Positions 1 to 9,690 of a stretch of 64,000 bases of DNA are shown here, piece by piece (the first letter of the stretch is position 1; every line of letters begins with the position of its first letter). The position numbers were made by a program, and so were the translations under genes. The stretch comes from Alphaproteobacteria bacterium (GTDB lineage: Bacteria > Pseudomonadota > Alphaproteobacteria > GCA-2731375). The DNA is taken from positions 1,632,001-1,696,000 of the forward strand of contig CBDDPY010000002.1 of NCBI GenBank assembly GCA_965232515.1, given 5' to 3'. The notes under the pieces are model-generated. The model had not been told where the DNA came from. It worked only from the letters and a program-made list of their open reading frames with translations, and did no database searches.

Positions 1-24
1 GTCGATGCGCCGGCCGGCCACGCG

Positions 25-1152
25 TTGTTTACGGTAGGCACGACCTATCACACGTTCCTGGCCTGTGGCCTGGCGACGGCATTGCCGAGGTCGATCCGTC
101 GTCACCTGATCATCCATCTCGATTTCGACGACGGCATGGCCATCGTCGAAACGCTACGGACCATGGCCACCCCTCTGTTCGACGAGATTGCCGTTCTGCC
201 GCGCAGCGAAGGCATCCCTGCGCCGCGCTGGCGGTTTCTGGTGGCGGCGAACATTCTGCGGACGGCATGGCTCGCGGCGCGTCGACGCTACGATCGGGTC
301 TATGTCTTCAACGAGGACCGGCCGGTTCACCAAGCGGCCGCCTATTGGGTAAAGCGCCGAAACCCGAACGCCATCGCCTATTGCGGCGAGGACGGCACCA
401 GCGACTACGGCGCGTGCCCCATGTGGGATCACCGCCGGTTCACGGACCGGGTGTCCAGGCGATTGCTCTACGGCTGGTGGTATCGCAATGTCAGGTGGCG
501 CTGCACCGTGCCCTGGGTCGACCGTCACCTGCTGACGCATCCCGAACATCTGCACAATCCGGCGCACGGCAAGCCGATTGAACGCATGCCGTCGTCGCAT
601 TTTCGAGGCCGGGCAATGGCGGATCTGGCCGCGGCATACGCCGCACGGCGCGGCCTGAGCATTCAAGATTTGGAACGGCTCGACGGCATCATCTTCCTGT
701 CCAAATCCCAGAAGGTCGACGATAAGGACGCCTACGTCGGCGACGTGCGCCTGGTGTTGCAACGGGCGCGGGCCGACGGCCTGCGGATTGCCGTGAAGCA
801 CCATCCCGGCGAGCGTCAATCCGATCCCTTCGGCTTTCGCGACGACCGCGATATCGTCGTGCTGCCGCGCGGCCTGGCGACCGAGTTTCTGTTCGTGCAC
901 CCCTCGTGCCGAATTCGCTGCGTGATCAGCGGCTTGTCGACAACGCTGCTGACGGCGCGGTGGCTGCGGCCACAAACGACGGCGATCAGCGTGACGTCGC
1001 TTGTCGGCCGGCACGATCAACAGATCCTCGATATGCTCAGCGCCATGGGCGTGCGCAGGGTCGCAGGCATGACCGACGCGCCGCCGCTCCTGCAGGCCGA
1101 TCAGCATATCCGTCATTCCGATTACGTGGCGCCCGCGCGATCGCAAATTTGA
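25..1152 (+). CDS. Sialyltransferase/polysialyltransferase-like glycosyltransferase (GT38/GT52/GT80-type); possibly 5'-partial
   Basis: EDG motif (GEDGTSDY), HP motif (VKHHP) and later ST motif (SGLSTTL), typical of bacterial CMP-nonulosonate transferases. Frame is open back to base 1. Confidence 0.7.
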   Translation: MFTVGTTYHTFLACGLATALPRSIRRHLIIHLDFDDGMAIVETLRTMATPLFDEIAVLPRSEGIPAPRWRFLVAANILRTAWLAARRRYDRVYVFNEDRPVHQAAAYWVKRRNPNAIAYCGEDGTSDYGACPMWDHRRFTDRVSRRLLYGWWYRNVRWRCTVPWVDRHLLTHPEHLHNPAHGKPIERMPSSHFRGRAMADLAAAYAARRGLSIQDLERLDGIIFLSKSQKVDDKDAYVGDVRLVLQRARADGLRIAVKHHPGERQSDPFGFRDDRDIVVLPRGLATEFLFVHPSCRIRCVISGLSTTLLTARWLRPQTTAISVTSLVGRHDQQILDMLSAMGVRRVAGMTDAPPLLQADQHIRHSDYVAPARSQI

Positions 1153-1239
1153 TAAGACAGCTATATGTCACTGCGCTAATATTCGGTATCAATCGAATCG
1201 TCGATCAGATCTGACGATTTCGCCCGTGGGCGGCTCGAC

Positions 1240-1902
1240 ATGGGGGATGCGATCGCCGACATCGTGACAGCCGAGTTGAGCCGGATTTTTCTGGCCGGAT
1301 ACTTCTCGTTCGTGGCCGTGTTCTACACGCTGCGCATTCTGATCGTGACCAACAAGGGCCGCCGGTCACCGGTGTTTTCGGGCACGCCCGGCAGCGCCCA
1401 GTTCCTGACCCATATGACCTTCCGCGTGATGCGGGTCCTGATCCTGGCCGTCTGCGTGGCCCGACTGTTCGCGCCCGACATCGATCGCTATCTCGGCGTG
1501 ATACAGCCGCTGTGGCGGGCGGAGATCCTGTTGACCGGCGTGGCGCTGATGACCATCGGCTTCGCTTGCATCATCTATCTCAACAATTATATGGGCAGCG
1601 CCTGGCGCTCTGGCACGCGAGACGACGACACCACGAAACTGATTACGACGGGACCGTTCGCGATTTCACGCCATCCCATGATGCTTTGCGTACAGGCGGC
1701 ACAGTTGGGCTTCTTCCTCGCCCTGCCCTCACTGTTCACGCTTGCCTGCCTGCTGATCGGCGTCACGGCCATCCAGATCCAGGTCCGCATCGAAGAGCGG
1801 ATGCTCGCCCGCCGGCATGGCGCGATCTATGCAGACTACTGCGCGCGGACGCCACGGTGGCCGTTCGGCCGAAGTCTGCGTTCGATCTGGGTCCGGGCCT
1901 GA
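1240..1902 (+). CDS. Isoprenylcysteine carboxylmethyltransferase/PEMT family membrane protein
   Basis: Hydrophobic helices; LITTGPFAISRHPM and EERML..HG..YADYC..TPRW motifs. Confidence 0.85.
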   Translation: MGDAIADIVTAELSRIFLAGYFSFVAVFYTLRILIVTNKGRRSPVFSGTPGSAQFLTHMTFRVMRVLILAVCVARLFAPDIDRYLGVIQPLWRAEILLTGVALMTIGFACIIYLNNYMGSAWRSGTRDDDTTKLITTGPFAISRHPMMLCVQAAQLGFFLALPSLFTLACLLIGVTAIQIQVRIEERMLARRHGAIYADYCARTPRWPFGRSLRSIWVRA

Positions 1903-1923
1903 CGGGCAAGCGGCACGCGCCGC

Positions 1924-2670
1924 CTAGACATCCGGCGTATAGAAGCGACTCGACTCCTCGAAACTGATGATTGGCGCGCGGATCGCACCGTCCGGCAACG
2001 CCTGCCCGCGCAGCGGATCGAGCGCCCTTATGTCGTAGGCCGCCTGCCCTTCGTCCAGGCCGGAGACGATGATGTCGAAGGTCGCGGCGCGGGCGCCGCG
2101 GGGCACGAACCAGTGAATGTTGTCGCGGTCGGGACTGATCGTCGACACGTCGCCGACCTCGATCGTCGCATCGACAGACGGGCGGATGACGATGGCGTCG
2201 GCTTCGTCCCGCACCCGGTCATAGTTGCGCACCCGGAACGCGCCCTCGACCACCAGATGGGCAGAGACCATGTGGCGGTGGGCGTGTGGTGTGATGACAT
2301 TGTCGGGCGTGAAGCCGAACCAGGCGGCGGCATAGCGCAGCTTTCGGCGCGCTCCGGCCTCGTCGCGAAAGTGGATGGTGCGCTTCAGCGGATAGGTCGG
2401 AAGCGCGCGGCCGACATGACGGATCTCGGCGCCGTCGATCTCGGCCAGCAGTTGCGGCAGGTCGACCTCCGACGTCAGTCGAGCGACGTCGGCGCGCCAT
2501 GCGGACGGCGACATCTCGCCGTTCGCCAGCGCCCGCGCGATCTCGTCCTGCGCCGCGATCCAGCGAGCCGACGGCCGATCGGCCGCGGCCCGGGCGGCGC
2601 CGAACTCGGCCAGCAGCACGTAGGCCGGAAACGCGGTCAGGACCTGTCCGATGAATTGGCGGCGATGCAT
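1924..2670 (-). CDS. Tat-exported cupin, cysteine/thiol dioxygenase-like
   Basis: MHRRQFI twin-arginine signal with AxA site; PHAHRHM (HxH) plus NIHW third His. Confidence 0.6.
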   Translation of the reverse strand: MHRRQFIGQVLTAFPAYVLLAEFGAARAAADRPSARWIAAQDEIARALANGEMSPSAWRADVARLTSEVDLPQLLAEIDGAEIRHVGRALPTYPLKRTIHFRDEAGARRKLRYAAAWFGFTPDNVITPHAHRHMVSAHLVVEGAFRVRNYDRVRDEADAIVIRPSVDATIEVGDVSTISPDRDNIHWFVPRGARAATFDIIVSGLDEGQAAYDIRALDPLRGQALPDGAIRAPIISFEESSRFYTPDV

Positions 2671-2778
2671 CCCGGTCAGCAGCCCTTCAATTGATTGAAT
2701 TCGGATCGTGTCTTACCCGTCGATTGCGACGAAAAAATGGCGGAACAGGCGCCGTCCGGCGTTCGGCGAAACGATGAC

Positions 2779-2828
2779 TGAAACAATTGAAACAAACGGT
2801 CACCCCGGCAGAAACACGGCAGAAACAG
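2779..2828 (+). promoter_or_regulatory. Four GAAACA direct repeats upstream of the globin; candidate transcription-factor site
   Basis: tGAAACAat-tGAAACAaa and gcaGAAACAcg-gcaGAAACAgt in the divergent intergenic region. Confidence 0.45.
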
Positions 2829-2883
2829 TGGCAACGTATGCGTAAAAGGTTTCTTGTTCACCGTCACGGGATGCCGGCCGCCA

Positions 2884-3300
2884 ATGACTCCCGAACAGAT
2901 CTCTCTTGTGCAAGAGAGCTTTCGCACCATCGCCCCGATCAAGGAAGCGGCGGGGTCGCTGTTCTATGAACGACTATTCACCCTGAACCCCGCCCTGAAA
3001 AAGCTGTTCCGGCGCGACATGGGCGACCAGAGCCGCGAACTGCTGAATATGATCGGCCAGGTCGTCGACGGCCTGAACAATCCGGACGAGGTCTTGCCCG
3101 TGGCGCGGCGTCTGGGCGCGCGGCATTCGGGCTATGGCGTGAAGCCCGAACACTACGAAACCGTCGGCGAAGCGCTGCTCTGGACGCTGGCGCTGATCCT
3201 GGGCGACGAGTTCGACGCAAAGACCAGAGAGGCCTGGACCGCGGCCTATGGGCTGTTGTCGGCCGCCATGCAGGAGACGCCGAGCAACGTCTCGGCCTGA
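2884..3300 (+). CDS. Single-domain globin (flavohaemoglobin/Vitreoscilla-like globin domain)
   Basis: MTPEQISLVQESF, FYERLF, LGARH (proximal His), YGVKPEHY, AWTAAY. ATG at 2884 preferred over the track start 2854. Confidence 0.92.
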   Translation: MTPEQISLVQESFRTIAPIKEAAGSLFYERLFTLNPALKKLFRRDMGDQSRELLNMIGQVVDGLNNPDEVLPVARRLGARHSGYGVKPEHYETVGEALLWTLALILGDEFDAKTREAWTAAYGLLSAAMQETPSNVSA

Positions 3301-3302
3301 CC

Positions 3303-3818
3303 GTGGCCGACGCGGGGCAGGCAGTATTGGCGCCCTGCCCCGGCTGCGGCGCTTTGGTGCCGGAGAGCGGCGGGCCGACGCATGCCTATCTCGGCACCGT
3401 GCCCGGTTGCTGGGCGCTCTATGGCGAGGTGCTGGCGCGCGAATACAGCGACGCCGCCTACATGCGGGTGCACAATCTGACGGTCGACGCCTATTCGGTA
3501 CAGCATCCGGGCCGGCCCGAACGCCGCACGAACCGCTCGGTGCATGCACATTTGTTGTCGCTTTATCTGCGGCTTGAGCGAAAGGAGCGCCGCGAAACCA
3601 TTACCGCCGCCATGGCGAAAACGGCCGACCTGCCGGCCGACGCGCTGGGCTGGCTGCTGCCACCATCCAGCCTGGGCGAGATCACCGTGCTAGACGTACA
3701 TGCCGCCGCCGATGCGGTCGCGCATGGCGAGCGCGTCAACGCCTGGGCGGCGGCTGCCTGGCGGGCCTGGGAACCGCACCACGACAAGATCGAGCGGCTG
3801 GCAAGGCAGATCCTTTAA
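3303..3818 (+). CDS. DUF5946-like protein
   Basis: CPGCG...THAY...GCW and VDAYSVQHP motifs; starts 2 nt after the globin stop. Confidence 0.7.
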   Translation: MADAGQAVLAPCPGCGALVPESGGPTHAYLGTVPGCWALYGEVLAREYSDAAYMRVHNLTVDAYSVQHPGRPERRTNRSVHAHLLSLYLRLERKERRETITAAMAKTADLPADALGWLLPPSSLGEITVLDVHAAADAVAHGERVNAWAAAAWRAWEPHHDKIERLARQIL

Positions 3819-3853
3819 CGCGTCGTTCGCAAACGCACGCTGCTCCGTCAGGG

Positions 3854-3897
3854 TTGACAGAACCCGCGGCGGGCTTTCGAATTGATCTGCCATCAAT
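3854..3897 (+). promoter_or_regulatory. Putative promoter/operator of the ABC operon
   Basis: TTGACA at 3854-3859; inverted repeat ATTGAT-N5-ATCAAT at 3881-3897; GGAGG RBS at 3923. Confidence 0.5.
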
Positions 3898-3936
3898 CCA
3901 AATACTAACAAACAGTCGTTCGGGAGGACGTTGACG

Positions 3937-5247
3937 ATGCTCAGCTCACATCTCAAACGCGTAAGCCTGAGCCTTGCCGCGGCCGGCGTGTTGGCAGCGG
4001 CAAGCATCAGCGCGCAGGCGCAGCAGAAAGAAATCAAGATCGGCGTGATCTACGACTATACCGGCCCGCTGGCGGCCGGCGGCTCAAGCCTGCAGGCGCT
4101 GGGCGCGAAGATCATGATCGACTACTTCAATAGCCAGGGCGGCGTCGAGGGCTACAAGATCAACGCCATCTACGCCGACGCCCAGAGCAAGCCCGACGTC
4201 GCGATCAACGAGGCGGTGCGCCTGATCGAGCAGGAAAACGTCGACATGCTGCTCGGCTTCTATTCCAGCGCGCAGTGCGTGCCGGTCTCGGCCAAGGTCG
4301 ATTCGCTGAAGAAGTTCATGTGGATCACGACCTGCATCTCGCCGGCCGTGCTGAAGGACCGGAACCTGAAATACGTGTTCCGGGCGCAGCCGCATGGCGG
4401 TCTGTTCGGCCTGCAGTCGCCGGAGTTCCTGGCCCACTATGCGAAAGAGAAGCTGGGCATCGAGCCGGGCGACCTGAAGGTCGCCATCATCCACGAAGAC
4501 GGCGCCTACGGCAGCGGCGTCGCCGGCGGCAACGCGGCGGGCGCGAAGCAGCAGGGCTTCAAGGTCGTCCTGAAGGAAGGCTATTCGGCGACGGCGCCGG
4601 ACTTGTCATCGCTCGTCACCAAGCTGAAACGGGCCCGGCCGGACGTGATCCTGCACACCGGCTACAATCCGGACATCACCTTGTTCCTGCGGCAGGCGCG
4701 CGAGCTGGGCCTGCGCTTCAAGGCGCTGATCGGCCACGGCGCCGGCTACGGCGTGCCGGACAAGCTGTTCGACGCCTTTGGCCAAGACGCGAACCACATC
4801 TTCAATGTCGATCCGGTGTCGATCTGGCTGGTCAGCCCCGAGGTGCTGCAGTCGGGCCTGCCGGATATCACGCAGATGGTCGGCGAGCAGTACAAGAAGG
4901 CTGAGCCCGACACCAAGGAGTTCTCGGCCCATGTCGGCATGGCGGCCAGCAACTCCTACGTCTTCTTCTCCGACGTGCTGCCGCGCGCGATTAAGAAGTA
5001 CGGCGGCATCGATGCCGACTCGCTGCGCCAGGCGGCGCTGGAGACCGACATTCCGGTCGGCGGCACGCTGATGGGCTTCGGCGTGAAGTTCAATCCGCCC
5101 GAGCATGAGATGGCCGGGCAGAACGACCGCGCCTCACCGGTCATCGTCCAGTACATCGACAACAAGGCGCATATTGTCTGGCCGAAGGCGCTGCAGTCCC
5201 TCGATCCGGTGCTGCCGTTGCCCAAGGACTCGCCCTATGCCAAGTAA
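3937..5247 (+). CDS. ABC transporter substrate-binding protein (LivJ/HAAT family)
   Basis: Signal peptide, IKIGVIYDYTGPLA, DLSSLVTKLK; first gene of a livGFHM-type operon. Confidence 0.93.
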   Translation: MLSSHLKRVSLSLAAAGVLAAASISAQAQQKEIKIGVIYDYTGPLAAGGSSLQALGAKIMIDYFNSQGGVEGYKINAIYADAQSKPDVAINEAVRLIEQENVDMLLGFYSSAQCVPVSAKVDSLKKFMWITTCISPAVLKDRNLKYVFRAQPHGGLFGLQSPEFLAHYAKEKLGIEPGDLKVAIIHEDGAYGSGVAGGNAAGAKQQGFKVVLKEGYSATAPDLSSLVTKLKRARPDVILHTGYNPDITLFLRQARELGLRFKALIGHGAGYGVPDKLFDAFGQDANHIFNVDPVSIWLVSPEVLQSGLPDITQMVGEQYKKAEPDTKEFSAHVGMAASNSYVFFSDVLPRAIKKYGGIDADSLRQAALETDIPVGGTLMGFGVKFNPPEHEMAGQNDRASPVIVQYIDNKAHIVWPKALQSLDPVLPLPKDSPYAK

Positions 5248-5289
5248 CCGCTCCGGCCGGGTGGGCCCGAGCACGCGACCGTCGCGGTA

Positions 5290-6057
5290 ATGGCGGACGC
5301 CATACTGACCGTCGAAGCGCTGACCAAGCGCTTCGGCGGTTTCACCGCGGTCGACGAAGTATCATTTACCGTCGGTGAAGGCGAGATCCTGGGCCTGATC
5401 GGGCCGAACGGTTCGGGCAAGAGCACGATCTTCAACATGATCGCCGGCTCGCTGCGGCCGACCGCCGGCACGATCCGGTTTCGTGGACAGGAGGTCGGTG
5501 GGCTGAGCCCGAACCGGATCTGCGCGCTGGGCATCGGCCGCACCTTTCAGATCCCCCGGCCGTTCCACAAGCTGTCGATCCTGGAGAACGTGGCGGTCGC
5601 CGGCTATTTCGGCCAGGGCCGCCGGGTCGGCAAGGCGGAGGCCTGGGAGACGGCGGCGCGATCGCTCGACATGGTCGGCCTCGCCTACGGCGATCACGCG
5701 TCGGTCGACATGCTGGGCGCGGCGGGGCTGAAGAAGCTGGAGCTGGCGCGCGCGTTGGCGACCAACCCGACGCTGCTGCTGGCGGACGAAAGCCTGGGCG
5801 GTCTCGACGAAAGCGAGATGGACCAGGCGGCCGACATGCTGGAGCGCATCCGCCGCGAGATGGGCATCACCATCATCTGGGTCGAGCACATCATGGGCGT
5901 GCTGATGCGCGTCGTCGACCGGGTCATGGTGCTGGACCATGGCGAGCTGATCTCGGAAGGCCTGCCGGCCGACGTGGCGCACGACCCGAGGGTGATCGAA
6001 GTCTATCTCGGCACCGACGCCAGCGACGTGCAGGCCAGTGTCGGGGCGGCGGGTTAG
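5290..6057 (+). CDS. ABC transporter ATP-binding protein (LivG-like)
   Basis: Walker A GPNGSGKS, GIGRTFQ, LLLADE, VEH, VIEVYLG. Confidence 0.94.
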   Translation: MADAILTVEALTKRFGGFTAVDEVSFTVGEGEILGLIGPNGSGKSTIFNMIAGSLRPTAGTIRFRGQEVGGLSPNRICALGIGRTFQIPRPFHKLSILENVAVAGYFGQGRRVGKAEAWETAARSLDMVGLAYGDHASVDMLGAAGLKKLELARALATNPTLLLADESLGGLDESEMDQAADMLERIRREMGITIIWVEHIMGVLMRVVDRVMVLDHGELISEGLPADVAHDPRVIEVYLGTDASDVQASVGAAG

Positions 6058-6084
6058 CGTGGCGATTTCCGCATCGCCCTTTTC

Positions 6085-6171
6085 GTCATGCCCGGAGTTG
6101 ATCCGGGCATCCAGGGGCATCGACCGCTGGCACGCTGGTGTCTGGATTGCCGGGTCAAGCCCGGCAATGAC
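6085..6171. repeat. REP-like composite palindromic element
   Basis: GTCATGCCCGGAGTTGATCCGGGCATCCA ... TGGATTGCCGGGTCAAGCCCGGCAATGAC: two hairpin units in inverted orientation, intergenic within the operon. Confidence 0.8.
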
Positions 6172-6200
6172 CAAGGTACGTGGGTTTTTGGGGCAACCGG

Positions 6201-6914
6201 ATGGCCGCCATGCTTGAACTGCAGAACGTGAATGCCGGCTATGGCGCGTTTCAGGCGCTGTTCGATGTCAGCCTGGAGGTCGCGGCCGGCGAGGCCGTCG
6301 CCGTGATCGGCCCGAACGGCGCCGGCAAGACGACGCTGATGCGGTTGATCTCGGGCTTGATCCCGGTGCGCTCGGGCCGGGTGGTCATGGAGGGGCAGCC
6401 GCTGGACGAGGTCAAGCCGCACGCCATCGTCGAGCTCGGCATCGCGCACGTACCGGAGAACCGGCGTTTGTTCCCGCGCATGACGGTCGAGGACAACCTG
6501 CGCATGGGCGCCTTCGCGAAGGCGGCGCGGGCACACTTCCGCGAGCGCCTGGACTACATCTACGAGTTGTTCCCGCGGCTGAAGGAACGCCGCGCGCAGT
6601 TCGCCGGCACCATGTCCGGCGGCGAGCAGCAGATGTGCGCCATCGGACGGGCGCTGATGTCGGGGCCGAAGCTGTTGCTGATGGACGAGCCGTCGGCCGG
6701 CCTGGCGCCCGTCGTGGTGCAGCAGGTGTTCGAGCTGGTCCGGCGCATCCGCAAGGAAGGCTATACCGTGCTGATCGTCGAGCAGAACGTGCAGCAGGTG
6801 CTGCAGGTCGTCGACCGCGCCTACCTGCTGGAAGCCGGCACGCTGAGATCCAGTGGCACGGCCGACGAGCTGCTGGCGAGCGAGAGCGTGCGCAAGGCGT
6901 ATATGGGCGTTTGA
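6201..6914 (+). CDS. ABC transporter ATP-binding protein (LivF-like)
   Basis: GPNGAGKT, VPENRRLF, MSGGEQQM, LMDEPS. Confidence 0.94.
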   Translation: MAAMLELQNVNAGYGAFQALFDVSLEVAAGEAVAVIGPNGAGKTTLMRLISGLIPVRSGRVVMEGQPLDEVKPHAIVELGIAHVPENRRLFPRMTVEDNLRMGAFAKAARAHFRERLDYIYELFPRLKERRAQFAGTMSGGEQQMCAIGRALMSGPKLLLMDEPSAGLAPVVVQQVFELVRRIRKEGYTVLIVEQNVQQVLQVVDRAYLLEAGTLRSSGTADELLASESVRKAYMGV

Positions 6915-6928
6915 GGGGGACGCGATCC

Positions 6929-7801
6929 GTGGAAACCATTTTCGACATCTATCTCTTGGAAGCGCTGATCAACGGCCTGCTGTTCGGCGGCGTGCTGGCG
7001 CTGCTGTCCCTGGGCCTGAACCTGATCTTCGGCGTCGTTGACGTGGTCTGGATCTGCTACGCCGAGATCGTGATGTTCGGCATGTACGCGATCTTCTGGC
7101 TGCATGGCGTCTACGAGCTGCCGATCGTGTTGGCCGCCCTGCTCGCCATCGTCGGCACCGGCGCCATGGGCTTCCTGGTGCACTTCCTGGTGATCTCGCC
7201 GATCCTCGGCTCGGCGCCAATCAACCAGCTGCTGGCGACCGGCGGCCTCTTGTTCTTCCTGCAGAGCTTCGCGACCCTGCTGTGGGGCATCGAATTCCGC
7301 AATATCGGCCTGCGCCTGCCGGTGCTGCAATGGGGCGAGCTGTTCTTCAGCTACGCCCGCCTGCTCGCCTTCGGCATCGCCGTGATCGGTATGGTGGCGA
7401 TCTATCTGTTCCTGACCCGGACCTATATGGGCACGGCGATCCGGGCGATCTCGCAGGACCGCGAGATCATGACGCTGATGGGCGTGGATACGCGCAAGGT
7501 CTATCTGGTGACGTCCGTGGTCGGCGGCAGTCTCGCCGGCCTCGCCGCCAGCCTGCTGGTGCTGCAGTATGACGTGCATCCGTTCGTCGGCCTCAGCTTC
7601 GGGCCGATCACCTTCGTCATCTGCGTGATGGGCGGTCTCGGCAACATGGTCGGCGGCTTCATCGCCGCCTTCATCCTGAGCGAGGTGATCTCGATCGGGG
7701 GCTTCTACGCCGAGCTGGAATGGGGCTACGTCGCGGCCTTCGTGATCTTCATCATCGTCATGTTCATCCGACCCGAGGGCATCCTGGGGAAGAAGTCATG
7801 A
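6929..7801 (+). CDS. Branched-chain amino acid ABC permease (LivH-like)
   Basis: LGLNLIFGV, GTAIRAISQD, GGLGN, RPEGILG; GTG start at 6929 after GAGGGGG. Confidence 0.92.
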   Translation: METIFDIYLLEALINGLLFGGVLALLSLGLNLIFGVVDVVWICYAEIVMFGMYAIFWLHGVYELPIVLAALLAIVGTGAMGFLVHFLVISPILGSAPINQLLATGGLLFFLQSFATLLWGIEFRNIGLRLPVLQWGELFFSYARLLAFGIAVIGMVAIYLFLTRTYMGTAIRAISQDREIMTLMGVDTRKVYLVTSVVGGSLAGLAASLLVLQYDVHPFVGLSFGPITFVICVMGGLGNMVGGFIAAFILSEVISIGGFYAELEWGYVAAFVIFIIVMFIRPEGILGKKS

Positions 7802-8844
7802 CGGCGATCCCGCAAGCGACCGCGACGCGCCGGCTGGAGCCGCGGCACATTGCCGCCGTCATTGTCGCCATCGCGCTGATCAGCGTGCCGATCCTGCGCA
7901 CGCAGTCGGAATGGTTCGCCTATCCGATGCATATCATGGTGCTGATCATGATCTGGTCGCTGGCTTATACGAGCTGGTCGCTGATGGGCCGGTTCGGGCT
8001 GGTGTCGCTGGGCCACGGCGCCTTCATGGGCATCGGCGCCTATGTCACGGCCTTGCTGTGGAACTATGCCGGCCTGACGCCCTGGCTCGGCATCCCGATC
8101 GCGCTCGCCACCGTCGCTCTCGTGGCCTTCATCGTCGGCTATCCCTGCTTTCGCTTTCGCATCGTCGGCCACTATTTCGCGCTCGTGACGCTGGCGCTGA
8201 GCGAGATCGTGCGCCAGGTGATCATGGCGACGCGCGACTATACCGGCGGTTCGCTCGGCTTCACGCCGACGCCGCATGGCGACGGGTTCTCGCTCTATGC
8301 GTTGCAGTTCGCCGACCGCGAGGTGTTCTACTACGTCGCCTTCGCGGCCTGGGTGTTCGGCCTCTGGGTCTGGCGGCGGGTCGACCGGTCGATGGACCGC
8401 TATGCGCTCGACGCAATCTCCGAGGACGAGGACGCCTCGGCCTCGGCCGGCGTCTGGGTCACGCGCGAAAAGCTGAAGATCACCATCCTGAGCGCCGTGC
8501 TGACCGGTTTCGCCGGCATTCTTTACATGCAGTACCAGCAGTTCATCTCGCCCGACACGGTGAGCGGCATCGCCATCTCGCTGCAAATCGTCTTCGCCGT
8601 CGTGGCGGGCGGCATCTACGTGATGTTCGGGCCCACCGTGGGCGCCGTGATCACAATCCTGCTGGCCGAAAGCCTGCGCGTCGCCATCGGCACCAAGATG
8701 GTCGGGCTCGACACCACGATCTACGGCCTGCTGCTGGTGCTGTTCATCATCTTCCTGCCGAAGGGCGTGCTCGGCGGCATCATGGAATGGTGGCAGAATC
8801 GCCGCCCCGCCGGCCGGCCGGCAGCCGCGGCGGGGGACGACTAG
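7798..8844 (+). CDS. Branched-chain amino acid ABC permease (LivM-like)
   Basis: SLGHGAFMGIGAY, GHYFALVTLA, FLPKG; ATGA overlap with the upstream permease. Confidence 0.92.
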   Translation: MTAIPQATATRRLEPRHIAAVIVAIALISVPILRTQSEWFAYPMHIMVLIMIWSLAYTSWSLMGRFGLVSLGHGAFMGIGAYVTALLWNYAGLTPWLGIPIALATVALVAFIVGYPCFRFRIVGHYFALVTLALSEIVRQVIMATRDYTGGSLGFTPTPHGDGFSLYALQFADREVFYYVAFAAWVFGLWVWRRVDRSMDRYALDAISEDEDASASAGVWVTREKLKITILSAVLTGFAGILYMQYQQFISPDTVSGIAISLQIVFAVVAGGIYVMFGPTVGAVITILLAESLRVAIGTKMVGLDTTIYGLLLVLFIIFLPKGVLGGIMEWWQNRRPAGRPAAAAGDD

Positions 8845-9593
8845 TAGGCGCTGGCGCCGCTGTCGGCGGGGTAAATGGCGCCGTTGACGAGGCTGCTTTC
8901 GTCGGAGGCAAGGAACAGCGCCAGCCAGGCGATCTCCATGGGCTGGCCGGTGCGCAGCGGTCGCTCGACGTTGTCGCGGTCATCGTCGCCCGTCATGCCG
9001 AAAGAGGCCGTGCGCGCGGTCAAGACGGCGCCGGGCGCGATGGCGTTGACCCGGATATGCATGGGCGCGCATTGCAGCGCCAGCGCCTTGGTCAGCGTCA
9101 GCACGCCGCCCTTGGCCGAAGTGTAGGCGTCGGCGCCCGCCGTGCCCTTCATGGCGCGGATCGACGTGGTGTTGATGATGGATCCGCCGCCGGCGTCGCG
9201 GATGTGCGGGATAGCGAAACGGCAACCGAGAAACGTGCCGAACAGATCGACGCCGATCGTGCGCCAGAACTCGTCCAACGGCATGTCGACGACGCTGCCG
9301 TCGCGCGCCGTGGCGCCGCCGGCATTGTTGTAGAGCACGTCGAGGCCGCCGAAGGCGTCGGCCGCCCGGTCGATCGCCGCCCGCATGCTGTCGGGCTGGG
9401 TGACGTCGGTCTCGATGAACAGCGCCTCGCCGCCGGCCGCGCGCGCCGCCTCGGCCGCGGCCTCGCCGCCGGCGACATTGATATCGGCCAGCGCCAGCCG
9501 CGCGCCCTCGCGCGCGAACAGCTCGGCCGAGGCCGCGCCGATGCCGCCCGCCGCGCCGGTAATGAAGACCCGCTTGTCCTGCAGCCGTGCCAT
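8841..9593 (-). CDS. Short-chain dehydrogenase/reductase
   Basis: TGAAGGIG, NNAG, YTSAK (YxxxK), IRVNAIAPG; start MARLQDK at 9593. Confidence 0.93.
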   Translation of the reverse strand: MARLQDKRVFITGAAGGIGAASAELFAREGARLALADINVAGGEAAAEAARAAGGEALFIETDVTQPDSMRAAIDRAADAFGGLDVLYNNAGGATARDGSVVDMPLDEFWRTIGVDLFGTFLGCRFAIPHIRDAGGGSIINTTSIRAMKGTAGADAYTSAKGGVLTLTKALALQCAPMHIRVNAIAPGAVLTARTASFGMTGDDDRDNVERPLRTGQPMEIAWLALFLASDESSLVNGAIYPADSGASAY

Positions 9594-9690
9594 TTCCGCC
9601 TCCCGATCTGAATGCCTGAAATCGTCGTTTTCGTCCGTGCGTCGAAGACGGATAATAGGGACCAGGAAACGGTTCGTCGGGAGAAATTGC

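Noticed and set aside
3881-3897. FNR/FixK box
   Set aside because: Spacing is TTGAT-N5-ATCAA, not N4; kept only as a generic operator.
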